DNA of 63,779 nt, counting the filler, from Octopus bimaculoides (taxonomy: Eukaryota): assembly GCF_001194135.2 (NCBI RefSeq). It is 5 parts of 5 records of this genome, joined end to end, with 100 filler letters (N's around TTAATTAATTAA, not from the genome) between each part and the next. Parts side by side here need not be neighbours in the genome. Positions count along the whole stretch, not along the records: positions 1 to 23,934 come from NC_068983.1; positions 24,035 to 36,658 come from NW_026333458.1; 3 more parts are not named here. The stretch is one strand, 5' to 3'. Made by a program: the position numbers and the translations under genes. How positions within the stretch are numbered: position 1 is the stretch's first letter; every line of letters starts with the position of its first letter. Of the stretch, positions 13,050 through 25,735 are shown piece by piece. The notes under the pieces were generated by a model that had not been told where the DNA came from, made no database searches, and was given only the letters and a program-made list of their open reading frames with translations.

Positions 13050-13270
13050 GCAGCGAGCTGGTAGAATCGTTACCACACTGGGCACAATGCTTAGCGCCAT
13101 TCCATCCGTCTTTATGTTCTATGTTCAAATTCCATCGACGTCAAATTTAACTTTCCTCCTTTCTGGACCGATGAAATAAGTACCAGTTGAGTACTGGGGG
13201 CGACGTAATCGGATTACCCTTTCTCGGAAATCGCTGGTCTTCAGCCAACATATGAATCAAATTTTACTAA
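13050..13270 (+). mobile_element. SINE family A, diverged copy (internally deleted minus copy at about 12865-12970)
   Basis: GGCAGCGAGCTGGTAGAATCGTTA head and AAATAAGTACCAGTTGAGTACTGGGG core. Confidence 0.75.
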
Positions 13271-15104
13271 CAAATATAGCATTGTTCTTTCAGCCGATCA
13301 ACCGAGAAATAACTGCTACATCCACGGTATACTACAAACAAATAATTTTATTAAATTTTATTAATAGTCACAAAATTTACAACAGGAAGGTGCTATAACT
13401 CTTCAGGAATCTTGAAAAACACTCAGCATTCAACACGCAATGGAAAATGTTTACATGTCGTGCAAAGAAGTGGAAGCAAGGTATACAAGAGCAATATGAC
13501 AGCTTCTTTGACTTGAATTATTTAATAAGTTTAGTGCGTTGCAAAATTCGGTTAGAGATTGATGAAATTTTTGTCATTGAAATTGAATTTGTTTTCTAAG
13601 ATATTGATTCGAGAGACGCTCATGAATTCTTGGTTGCATATTGAAGCAGTTAAATAGCAACCGGCGTCTTTGGAAACACACGTTAATAGTCATGCGCAGA
13701 AGAAAAAAAAAACATTTAGAGAATGAGAAAATATCACAAAGGAAATATTTCAGAAGTAACATGGGAATACGGAATCGACGAAACAAAGATTAATAAACAT
13801 TGATCCAAATATCAACAGAACTCGTTTCGTTTGCCGAGCTTTTCATAATCAAATGTTTTGTTATCATAAAATGTATTCAGCGTACAAAACATGAAATCTC
13901 TTCAAATAAGTATTGATTAAATATTTTCTAATGATAATAATACATGATTTGCAGTAATTCTAAATGTACTTTTATTTTTGTTAATTGCTTTCCCGTTGTA
14001 ATTATCAATCAGATTGCTTATAAAGTTTTATTAATGTAGGAACAAAGACGTTTTAATTAAACACCATAAGCAACAGAGAGCTGTTTAATTTATTTATATA
14101 TTTGTAGGTGGAAATTGTGTTAAGAAACAATGTGGTTGATAATTCTGTTTTCGCACATTATCTATACCTTTTCACACCAGACACAATTATAATATGACCT
14201 ATATATACACCCACATAAAGGTATTTTTCTCTTATCTTCACAACGATTGTACGCTATGACATTTTAGAAAACACTATTTACATTTAAGAAACAAAAGTAG
14301 TTATACTTCAAAACTTCAAGGTAATATATACAGCTTTATACATGCAAATACATATCAAGTAATGTACATACATATCTACAAATTATATATAAAGATAGTA
14401 TAATTAAATATGTATATAAAGATTTCACGAATAAACACTTAACGTACGCAAAGTAATATTAAGACATCGTCTTTTGATTAAATAAATAACATCATGACAT
14501 GCCGAGGTTTCAAACTTCGGTATCTGTTCATTTAAAATCACATCAACGTTTATTTTGGACAACTCAAATCAAATAAAGCCTTGTTTGTTTTATCTAGTGA
14601 ATCCACTTCAATTTTTTTGACAATGTCATTAAATGTGACTTTTTGGTCTTTGTAGTCGTCACACGAAAATAATTTCCAAGTTACTCCATCAAAAAAGACT
14701 TTATTTATTTAATCTAATCTTACAGATTTAATTCAGTTTGATAAGGCATGCGTCGGGGGAATAATGCTGTAGGGGTTACAGCTGTTCGTGTCGAGTAGAT
14801 ATAATCAACACTATACGATAATGCTAATGGCTCCCGAATTCCTGAAATAGTAAAGTCAGGGTTAGCCACGAACTGATGTAAAATGAACATAGATTCTCAT
14901 ACCCGAAACTCACTTGCAATATTTCATGCATTAAGCGATTAATTTAATGCATAAAGCTTAATTTTCATTCTACAATTAATTACAATCAAACAGCAAGGAA
15001 AACGGTATGGATAAAAATGACTATGCAATATTCAGGATTTATTAACTGTTGATGTATAAACGATATTTAAGATGTTATTATATACTTTATATTGTGTGCA
15101 TGGC

Positions 15105-15456
15105 TTATGTATGTATGTATGTATGTATGTATGTATGTATGTATGTATGTATGTGTGCATGCATGTATGTATGTTTGTATATATATGTGTATGCATGTTT
15201 GTAAGTATGTATGCATGCATACATGTATGTATATATGTATGTCTGTCTGTATGTATATATGTATATATGTATGTATTNNNNNNNNNNATGTCTGTCTGTA
15301 TGTATATATGTATATATGTATGTATTATGTGTGTATGTATGCAAGCATGGATGTATGTATATATGCATGCATGCATGTATATATTATCTTTGTTTGTATG
15401 TATGTTTGTGTATATATATATATATATATTATATATGTATGTATGTATGTATGTAT
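15105..15456. repeat. (TATG)n-rich compound microsatellite
   Basis: Read directly from sequence; explains the MYVC/YIHT ORFs. Confidence 0.95.
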
Positions 15457-18400
15457 TGATCTAAAAATGTCTTTTGTAATATATTGTCTACCCTCTGTCA
15501 CACACAGTTTCACTCTACCTGCAATATTGTGAAACAAAGACAATTAAAGTCTGTAACTAAGTGATATTTTCATACAGTAATATATATGGAACTATAATAT
15601 ATTAAAATACAACCATTGCTTCTTTTACATTATTCATATATTTCAATCTTTATTCCGAACAAAAAATAAATAAGCACTTCAAACAACAATTTATCTCATT
15701 ATTACCCATCATTTATTCCTTCAGTCCATGTCTACCAAGATATTTCCATTTCCTAGTAGGAGCTGAACCTGAACTCCAAGGCAATTGTTTTTCTTTGAAG
15801 ATATAACCATACGGAAGACACCTCTGTACGTATCCTTTATTTAAGAAATTCTTTAATACTATCTTGTCTATCATTTCTTGTGGTATCTTGCCTTATATGC
15901 GATGAAACATTTTGGCACGTAGTCATCTCAGTCGCTGTTCCTCACAGATTATTTTCTATCGCGCGCCAAGTCTTCTGATAAGAACTCAAGAATAAGCGAT
16001 ATCTTGAATATATGTTGGCATACTAAAGTCGAATAGTATCAGAGATTAGGACCAATTCCAATGAAATATGTCAATACATATGATCACATTTATAAATATG
16101 AAAAAACTATTTTACTTAGACAAAAACAAGTACATCAATACATCATAATATCCTTGTATATTAATTATGCTAACATAAATAGACGCATACGTATATCAAA
16201 TTAGAAATTTCTTTATAAACGAATATATATATATTTTCATACGAGTCGAATCTGTGTGTCTTGATTTCAAACAGGAAACGACATTTTCCATTTGAATACA
16301 AACATTTATTTCAAATAGCAACCATCTCAACAATAAGCTGTTACTTATTCAACACTCGATTGTTAATATAATTTCTACTTCCTCTCTCCTGGGAATGGTT
16401 GTCATATTAATACACACCCACACTCTAAATCCTGGTGGGGTTTTTTTTTTGTATTTTAAGCCATAGAATCAAAATAATAGCAAATGTCTATGACGAAACA
16501 TCCGTTGGCTGCGTTTAACCTATACCACAGGTCTCGTATATTCCCAATATTTTGAAGGCGCAACCTTTAAAAAGGCTTCTAGCGTATTCCTTCACACTCG
16601 ACAATTGTGGTCGTGAATGTATGTGTAACAATTAAACGTTTTATTTCATTGCTTGACCAGTAAAAAAGCGAATTCTGTTTTATACTCCGTGACCTTTACC
16701 ATCGATCGTGAGCTCTAAAACAATTGTGTTGTGGGTAAATTCGCAAATACATGAAGAGCTATGTGTCCATAATCAAATGCATCATGATTCGCTTGACGAT
16801 AACGTTGAAGAAAGTTGAAAAAAGGATATTGATATTCTGACAAATGTTTGCATAGAATCTTCTCTTCAGAGTTCAGAACTCTCGTGACACTCAGATACTC
16901 ATGACTCATTTGTCTTCTCTAGATACCCATATTGATTCTGGCCCAAGATGAGTTTAGAAACGAAATCTCACGAAGACCCCAAACTATATGATAAGGCTCT
17001 GTAGAAATAAATGTAATTTCCAGTCGTAAAGAGAAGAGTAAGTGGGAATAATACATTGATATCACTTCAGTTATAGTAGATCTTGTGAAAACATTCCAAA
17101 ATATAATGTTTCACGTATTTATGGAGGTTGTCCTTCTAAAGCTATCAGTAATTGAAACTTCCACGAAGCCAATAGGAGATCGATTTCAAAATGCAATTTG
17201 AAGGGCGTCTGAAGCCATTTTTGTTCACGTACATCACCGGAGAATAAAATATTTACCTTTCAAACATTTCTATCTAAAAACTATTTACATATTCCTCGCG
17301 CGTAATTAAAAATAATAAAATAGTGTAAGTAACAATTTGATAAAACCGAAATATAATTTACGAGTTAATGTTGGTTTCGGGTCAGAATGTGAATTTTATG
17401 AAGAAAGAAAAAAATTGAACAAATGACAATGTCAGTAAGATGTCATATCAGCAGCCAATTTTGGAATTTGGAATTCAAAGAAAACATTTTACATAAATGA
17501 AGTTAAATCTTGTCATATAACTTGGTGTTTTTAAATAAGTTGCTTTAACTCAGCACGTCCCGGCAAGAAAATATGACAAGTGGAAACGTTAAGTTGTAAA
17601 AGAAACTAATTCTTAAAACAGTCTTGACAAAAATATCGAGACGTGTTTATCATTGAAATGTAAAAGAGAATCAAGTTATTCTTAACGTATATGGCGTCGG
17701 CTTCAAATCGGGAATTCACCATTTCTGAAAGAAGATAATCTACTGAAATTTGTTGAAAAGATTTAATTTTCCTCATTTTATTATACGAACCCGAAATGTT
17801 TAACTGAAGGGATTAACCAAATACATCGAATGATAATTCATTCTTTCGATTTCGCTAAGTTGACAGGCATAGTTGACACTCGACAAGAGGTTAATTCAAA
17901 ACGCAAGGATTGGAAAGAATACGCACAGCAAAGCATTGTAGCCAGAATTTTAATGATACTGCCATTCACCACTCTTGAAGAGGTTACAATTTTAAGTTAT
18001 AAGACAAATGAATTTAAATCATTAAAACCATAAAACCGGTAGTGCACTCTAACTGTTAATATTAAACATCACCATCCGCATGCGAAACGCATTATTGTAT
18101 AATATATAGTGGCGGTAGATAGCGTATTGTTATGCAGAAAATAAAGTATTTTTTTATTCATAATTACATAAGAGTAAAGATCCGAATTTAGCAAAATCAA
18201 ATTTTTACCTGAACTGAGAGAATAGGTTACATTTTCTGCCATCGAATAAAATGCCATGACGAAAACCTCTAATCAGCCTTGGTAGTCAATGACTAAACAA
18301 ACGAAGGCCACTTGGTATTTAGTCTCTTGACTACATTTTCAAAGAAAATGACAATATGAAAATGGCTCTAGGCTCTCAGCTTAAATCTTTAAATGCTTAG

Positions 18401-20559
18401 AAACGACCCAGTATGGTCTCAGCCTTTATATAAAACCAGCAAAAGTAAGTAAAAGTATATAGAATGTCAATGCTGCAACATTGGTTGTACTTACACATAA
18501 AGAAAAGCAAGGACTAAAATGGTGAAAAACATGGAAAAAAGTTAAAATTGAAAGTATCGTTCAGAAGGAAATGTTTCAAATATCGTTTTCCTTGTCATGT
18601 TTCAGGCGTGTTCGCTGTTATTCTGAGCATTAAAAAATATATTTTTGAGAAAACCATTACAGAATTGGTAATTAGAAAAATAAAAATGGAGTATTAGAAA
18701 CCTTTTACAGTCTTCTTACTTCAGAAGCCAGAATGAAACAACAATATGCTCTTTTGGCAGAAGGGTTTTTGTGAAGGATGTTCCATCACATTCAAAGCAC
18801 AAACACTTTGTGTTTTGAAAGTGTTTTCTCATGAGCACTACAATCCGTACGTACAGTCTTGTAATAGGACTAGTATATAACTAGCTCTCAATTATGACTA
18901 TAATTAGTTTTCAAGACCGAACTGTTATGTTTTTGAGAAGATTCATGATATTCATAAACTTAGATATCTACAACTAATTCTCCATTGACTCAGACCCTAA
19001 TATCGATGCCATTAATCGTCATAAAATACTGGCATAAATTTTAAATGAGCCTTCATTTTTAACATCATCAGTCACGAATCCAGCGTTTTCTACAATCTTT
19101 CATTCATGGGTCAGCTCCTCAAATAGATTTAATATCAAAGATGCGTTGATTTATGCCACAGCATTTCTCGACAGTAAATGTTTCACACTGAGAAGCTTAA
19201 AGCTATTTGGCTCGTCGTTCTTTATGTATTCCTATTTTATCAACGGCGTATCTTCATTGACCTATCCTTGATGACATATCATCTAAGATATCACCAATGA
19301 CATCATCAAAAACGCATAATTAATGACACAACTTCATTGACATAACTTCCATGAGAAACATCGTTAATGAGACGTCACTAATGACACATACTTCGTAATT
19401 TCCGAAGATAGAATCTGATAAACTGCCGTAGGTGATTTGACAAAATGAAATCATGGCTAATTTTGATTATGGGAGTATTTGTTGCTTCTGTTTAATGATG
19501 AACAAAGAGCTTTTACAAAGGATAATTTGCACTGCCAGAAATAGAATCGATATAATTACTAGCCAAATCACATTTTTAAGTCTTACTAAATAAAGACATA
19601 TAATATGATGTGATCATAGGTACACTATCTCCAGGCATGAAGGCAATATCATGGCTTACGAAATATTGTTTCCATCGGTCCGGGGTTTAGGGCTGTCCTT
19701 GGAGGGACAAAAAGAGTGTTTGGTCTTCAATAGCTTTACTAATAACATGCCTCTTAGTGAAATGTGTATTATTTTCTACCTTCTGTCACAGAATAATGGT
19801 AGAGAAAAGAAACTATGACTACGATTCTTATAGGGGAAAAGAAAAAGATCTTGTTAGAACTTATGCACTTCCCAAATGTTTACAACTCGACTGAAGTACC
19901 AACATTGGTTTTGAATCAACGGTGGATCGGTTTAACCTCCAAGCATGGGAACAATGCACTCTGCCCCCGAACTTCCACACACTCTCCTTTTGCATAATTT
20001 TGCGTCTGGCCAGTACTGTGCTACAGTCACTTGCTCGAGTTGTGCCGCCTCTGGGATTGAAACCAGACCAATTCGCTGCATCGTCCACATTTCTCACATC
20101 GTCCAGACATTCTCTATTTGATTCATTTCCTTTCTGCTTGCCCACTAAATGTTTCAGCTGAATAACTATTAATTTCACTGAAATGTTACAGATCACCAGC
20201 CAATTAAAGTTGAAGAGGACAATACTTATTAAAGGGCTAACTATAAAGCAGCGCCCTCTAGGAATTTCCTTAAACACATCCATAGAGTTATCGAGTTATT
20301 ACAAGCAACGATGAAGGCTACAACACGTCCGAAGAAACCTAAACAAATAGAAACCTTGGGAATTGTCTATCTTGCTTGATCAGATAAAATGCTTGATTCA
20401 AAAATGTTGTTATTTCTGAGGTTGAAAACATAAAAACTAGTGAAATCCAACTTTTAATTCTTTGATAATATAATGAAGGTTCATCTAGAGTTTCCAATAT
20501 ATAAAAAATAACATGAACTACTCAGTTAATATGAGCGATTTATAGTTTAGCAACGTTTA

Positions 20560-21215
20560 TTATTCTTTTCTACTCTATGCACAAGGCCCGAAATTTTGGG
20601 GGAGGGGGGGAATCGATTAGATCGACCCCAGCACTCAACATGTACTTAATTTATCGACGCCGAAAGGATAAGTCGACCTCGGCGAAATTTGAACTCAGAA
20701 CGTAAAGACAGGCGAAATACCGCTAAGCATTTCGCCTGGCGTCCTAACGTTTCTGCCAACGCGCCGCCTTAAGCAATGTTTATTATTCTTTTCTACTCTA
20801 GGTACAAGGCCTGAAATTTGGGGGAAGGTGGCCAGTCGATTAGATCAACCCCAGTACGCAACTGGTCCTTAATTTATCGACCTCGAAAGGATCAAAGGCA
20901 AAGTAGACATCGGCGGAATTTGAACTCAGAACGTAAAGATAGACGAAATAATGCTAATCATTTCACCCGGCGTGCTAACGTTTCTTATTTCTTTACTGCC
21001 TACAAGGGGCTACACACAGAAAGGACAAACAAGGACAGACAAACGGATTAAGTCGATTATATCGACCCCAGTGCGTAACTGGTACTTATTTAATCGACTC
21101 CAAAAACACAAAATGCAAAGTCGACCTCGGCGGAATTTGAACTCAGGACCTAAAGACAGACGCAATACTGCTAAGCATTTCGCCCAGCGTGCTAATAATT
21201 CTACCAGCTCACCGC
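20560..21215 (-). mobile_element. Three head-to-tail SINE family A copies (about 20560-20770, 20783-20984, 20985-21215)
   Basis: Three repeats of GTCGACCTCGGCG(G/A)AATTTGAACTCAG-like core and GCTAAGCATTTCGCC-like head, with two different tails. Confidence 0.9.
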
Positions 21216-23809
21216 ATCGTTTCAGGGTTGAGTACAGGGATCGAAATAGTCCACTTACTCCCGCCCCCGAAATTGCTAGAATTGTATTAAAATCTGAAAC
21301 CAATATTTTCATTTGTGATGATTGACTTCTTTTACTGTTGTTGTCTCCACATTCGTACTTCCTTATATTTTTGTATTTTTAGGTATTTCTTGGCTAAACT
21401 TTATTAGTTTCTATTCGATTTAAGGGATAATTAATCGGCTTAACACCCCCAGAAACTCTGCTTAACAGTAGATTGCTTCTCGATTAGATTTAACGGTTTC
21501 GTTTGCAGTAAATAACACCCGGATTGTTATTATTTCTATACTGGCGAGATGAGAAAATTCTCATTCTATTTCAGGACACACAATTATAGTAGACACGCAA
21601 CGTTGTTTTAACTTCAAGTTTCAATATATTTAACTGCATGGATACCACCAAAAACATACGAAGAGAAAGACAGAGAGAGAGAGACGCGGAGGAGAGTGGA
21701 GAGAAACCACGATTCAGATAAAAGGGTCGAGATTCAGTCATTATACAAAACAGATATACTACATATTTATATATGTATGCTTGTACGTATGTACATGATT
21801 GACTGGGTATACAGCAGTATAGACAAAAGTGCGTTGGACAGAAAACAGAGAGAGACAGACGGAAGAAGTGAAAGAAAGACAAGTTAGAAACCAAAAATAA
21901 TTGCTGACGGTGTGTGAAAGAGAGACGGTTACATGGATGAACTGAAGTATTTAATTCCGTTTCTATATAAATATATGTTGCTATGTGTAAATACTTAGAT
22001 ATCTTTCTCTAGATATTTTGTATGTATTTTTAATATCAGAACCAAACTAAAATATATTTGTTGCACTTATTCTACTGGGTTGGTGACCTTCACAAAATCT
22101 CCCAGCTGCCGAAATTGCTCCTGATTTTACTCAAATTTGAGACTGAACGCATGTGTATTACATGCGCGCGTACACACACAAGCAAACACACTCACAGATA
22201 CACGCACACTCTCATACACTGAAACACACAAACACACACTGCGCTCCGTTAACCAAATACATCTAATAAGCCACAGGTCTACACACACACACACACACAC
22301 ACACAGACGAACACTCACACAAATACACTCACAAACACAAAATCGTTAGAACGTCGGAGAGAATGCCACACTTTATTTGGTCCATCCCTTTGTCTTTCGA
22401 GGTCGATGACTGTTTACCAGTCCTACCAAGTTCTGAGTTCAAATCGAGCCTTGGCTTTCTTACGAAGTAGACTTCGTTCGGTCTATCATCCCCACCTGGT
22501 ACCTTAGGTACTATTGGATGAGCATGGGCCAGGTTCCTGTAAGAACAATACCTTTCTTCCTCCCGCTTATCATTTTCAGACTCCCTACAACGGGGACCCA
22601 TTGTCTACCTTCATTACTAAAAGACTAAAACATAGAAATGAACGTGTGTGCGCGCGCGTGTGTGTGTGTACGTACTTTTGCGTGTGTATACATATGAATA
22701 TGTGCGCATAGATATGCATAGGTGCATGTATTGAAGCATAACATAGTTAGGTATGTGTCAGTCTTTGTATACATATGTTTACGAGTGTATGTGTTTGTGA
22801 TTACAAGTATGTGTGTGTGTGTGTGTTCGTATGTGTATGCGTGTGTGTATGTGTGTGTGTGTGTCGCTTTCGTAGAAATGCAATATCTGTCTTCCAAATC
22901 CCATTAAACAGCGCCCTCCTACTACTTTGCCTTTCATCATCTCTACAATACAGATTTTTTTCTTCTTCGAGGTCTGTGTAGTCTGTCAACTGCTTCACAG
23001 AGGTTCACCAAGAGCTGTTTCTTCTACGTTTCTTCTACGTCCTGGTTGCCATAGTAACAAATGTGGTACAATTTCATCTTTTTGCACCAACAGACTCCTA
23101 CACTTTTATCAGTGTTGTTTGGCGGATTCCATTAATAATGCTATATTTCTATACAATACTAATTCATAAATGTGGCTCTGAATAAATACTCTTCATCCCC
23201 GTTAAAATCTAAATATATGATCCATTTAGTCTGTTCAGATTCATATATTTATATACAGGAAGATGTTGCATATCACCTTTTAAACTATTGCATTTTGAGG
23301 TCTTCAGGTAGGTTTAACCCCACCCTGCATTGCTGACGTTTTATTTATTGCTGACCATGCCCATGCAATTATGACTTCACGATCTCTCTTTGACTTTATC
23401 CCAGACATTCGAATTCTTTATGCCAGTATTTATGTTGTCAAGTTGAACCCTTTGACGATATAAAGAGTTTTGTTGGTTCACTGAAAACTATACACTTAGT
23501 CTTACGATTATTCACGTGACGTTCACGCCTTGTCCCTATATCCGAAAGGATCATTGACGTGCAGAGCAGTGTAGCCAGAATTTTAATGTTTCTGCCATTC
23601 AGCGCTCTTGAAGAGGTTGCAATTTGAAGTTATAAGACAGATGAACACCAGATATGCTAGAAACAGCATTTCGGTTTCACCCAATGTACGTTCTTTTACA
23701 TTAAAATAGACAATCTAGTATTTCTTACCCTTTAAAAGAGTAAAATTATCAGGGTCGGAATAACGTTTAGTACAGGTCCAATCGATCTGGTAGATTACAT
23801 CGATCTGGT

Positions 23810-23934
23810 AGATTACATCGACCCCAGTGCGTAACTGGTATCTAATTTATCGACCCCGAAAGGATGAAAGGCAAAGTCGACTTCGGCGGAATTTGAACTC
23901 AGAACTTAATGACGGAGAAAATGCATTTAAGCAT
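23810..23934 (-). mobile_element. SINE family A, cut by assembly gap
   Basis: GATTACATCGACCCCAGTGCGTAACTGG...GCAAAGTCGACTTCGGCGGAATTTGAACTCAG. Confidence 0.85.
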
Positions 23935-24411
23935 NNNNNNNNNNNNNNNNNNNNNNNNNNNNNNNNNNNNNNNNNNNNTTAATTAATTAANNNNNNNNNN
24001 NNNNNNNNNNNNNNNNNNNNNNNNNNNNNNNNNNATATATATGGTACAATGAACAACAGCAATATAAACATGAAATTTAAGAAGAAAAGAAGGGCTACAG
24101 TTAATAATGTGGACACCAGTATATGACTGGTATATATGACTTGCAAAGATGGAAGGACAAGTTGACCTTGACAGGATTTGAACTCAGAACATAAAGGGCC
24201 ATAGATAAATACCGTGAGTTATTTTCTCCAACAGTAATGAGACACAAGAACAGGAAGGATAGTTTATTAAATGAACCCCTGGATATTACTGGTACGGATC
24301 ATATTGACCACAGACTGATATTAGATACTCTGGCAGGATTTGAACATGGAACATAAAGAGACAAATGTAAATGGTGTAAGGGGATGATTCTGTATTTAGC
24401 CCAGGGTCAGA

Positions 24412-24414
<3 letters not shown>

Positions 24415-24467
<53 letters not shown>
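24415..24467. repeat. (GA)n microsatellite
   Basis: Read directly from sequence. Confidence 0.95.
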
Positions 24468-24471
<4 letters not shown>

Positions 24472-24736
24472 CAGTTGTACATGGGATGAAAGGAAGAAGA
24501 GAGAGGATTTGAACCTGTAACGTTGAGGTAATGGAGAACGAGATGATGTAAAGAGTCTAATCAGGCAACAACAACAAGTATGGAGATGATTAATTAGTGC
24601 CATTCTAATGTGATAGAGAGAAGGTGGAGAAGAACCCCATGGTGGGATTATGACATCAAGGAGTCAATATAAAATAGACATTATTGGAAAGATTAAAGAA
24701 ACAGATTTCAATATTCCAGATCCAATGGAGACTTAC

Positions 24737-24892
24737 CTCAGAACTGCCAGGTGTAGAGGTGTGTTACCGTCTCTATCTGAAGCATTGACATCGATGCCAA
24801 TGTGATTCAATAAGAGGTGAACTGTGTCTTTGTGTCCATGAGTGCAGGCATGGTGTAGAGGTGTGAAACCTTCATTATTTCGTTGATTCACC
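24737..24892 (-). pseudogene. Ankyrin-repeat gene exon 4 (last found), with +1 frameshift
   Basis: Acceptor ttcatcttcag and donor AG|gtaagt. Reads VNQR, one extra A, then NNEGFTPLHHACTHGHKDTVHLLLNHIGIDVNASDRDGNTPLHLAVL. The exon is 156 nt where 155 is needed; could also be an assembly error. Confidence 0.8.
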
Positions 24893-25197
24893 TGAAGATG
24901 AAAGCAATAAAACCTTTTAAATGGTGTCTGGAAGGTAGGAGGGGAAAAATCAAAAGTAAAAACTTGGAAAAAGTGAAGAGAAATAATCAGATTAAGTAAA
25001 CAGGTGGAATGATTTAGGTGAGAAGTAATTAACTGAGGTTTATATTGTATTTATACACACGTGTATACATATACAGGGTGGAGAATCAAAACTTGCATTA
25101 AAAGTTACAATAATATTTCACAGCAACCCTACACCAAATGATACGAAACCTAATGCAGAACAAAAAATACATTGTTGGTTAGTAATAAACACTTTTT

Positions 25198-25735
25198 GGA
25201 TCTATTTTAAAACAGGGGCCACATTTTTCATTAATGTTTTACGTAGTGTNNNNNNNNNNNNNNNNNNNNNNNNNNNNNNNNNNNNNNNNNNNNNNNNNNN
25301 NNNNNNNNNNNNNNNNNNNNNNNNNNNNNNNNNNNNNNNNNNNNNNNNNNNNNNNNNNNNNNNNNNNNNNNNNNNNNNNNNNNNAAGCGATGTAAAGCAT
25401 ATTTAATCTCCATACCTTCGTTTTATTTGCTTTTTTCATTTTAAATTTGCTTTAACCCTAACCCTAACCCTAACCCTAGGGTTAGGGTTAGGGTTAATTG
25501 TTTCAGAATCGTTTGTTTATGTAGTCGGCACTTAATGTATATCGGCTGAATGGACGTCAGTGATTGGTTGAAATTACAGAAATACGACAACTTTAACATG
25601 GAATAATTTATGGATTTCTTTTTTTGTTAAGAAGACTAAGACAAAAAGATGTTTTATATGACACATTCTACCAGTGTTCCAAGTTTCAAAGTGTTTCGTT
25701 AATGAAAAATGTGGCCCCCGTTTTAAAAAAGATCC
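25198..25735. mobile_element. Non-autonomous TIR element (MITE) with 8-bp TSD, nested in the maT element
   Basis: About 38-bp TIRs GGATCTATTTTAAAACAGGGGCCACATTTTTCATTAA / TTAATGAAAAATGTGGCCCCCGTTTTAAAAAAGATCC; CACTTTTT duplicated at 25190-25197 and 25736-25743. Confidence 0.85.
25453..25496. repeat. Interstitial telomere-type repeat palindrome (TAACCC)4 T|A (GGGTTA)3
   Basis: Read directly; perfect 38-bp palindrome at 25459-25496. Confidence 0.95.

Noticed and set aside
20549-21215. CRISPR-like or satellite array
   Set aside because: The units are ~210-bp SINE copies also dispersed elsewhere; there is no repeat-spacer structure and the context is eukaryotic.
22900-23170. Possible next ankyrin exon
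   Set aside because: All minus frames are interrupted by stops and show no ankyrin motif.
23979-23990. TTAATTAATTAA centred in 100-nt N gaps (also 36703-36714, 56582-56593, 62537-62548)
   Set aside because: Identical 44N+12+44N layout each time, with stops in all six frames. It is an assembly spacer, not biology.
25453-25496. Telomere fusion scar or chromosome end
   Set aside because: The orientation is (CCCTAA)n then (TTAGGG)n, opposite to an end-to-end fusion. It is very short and lies inside a TIR element.
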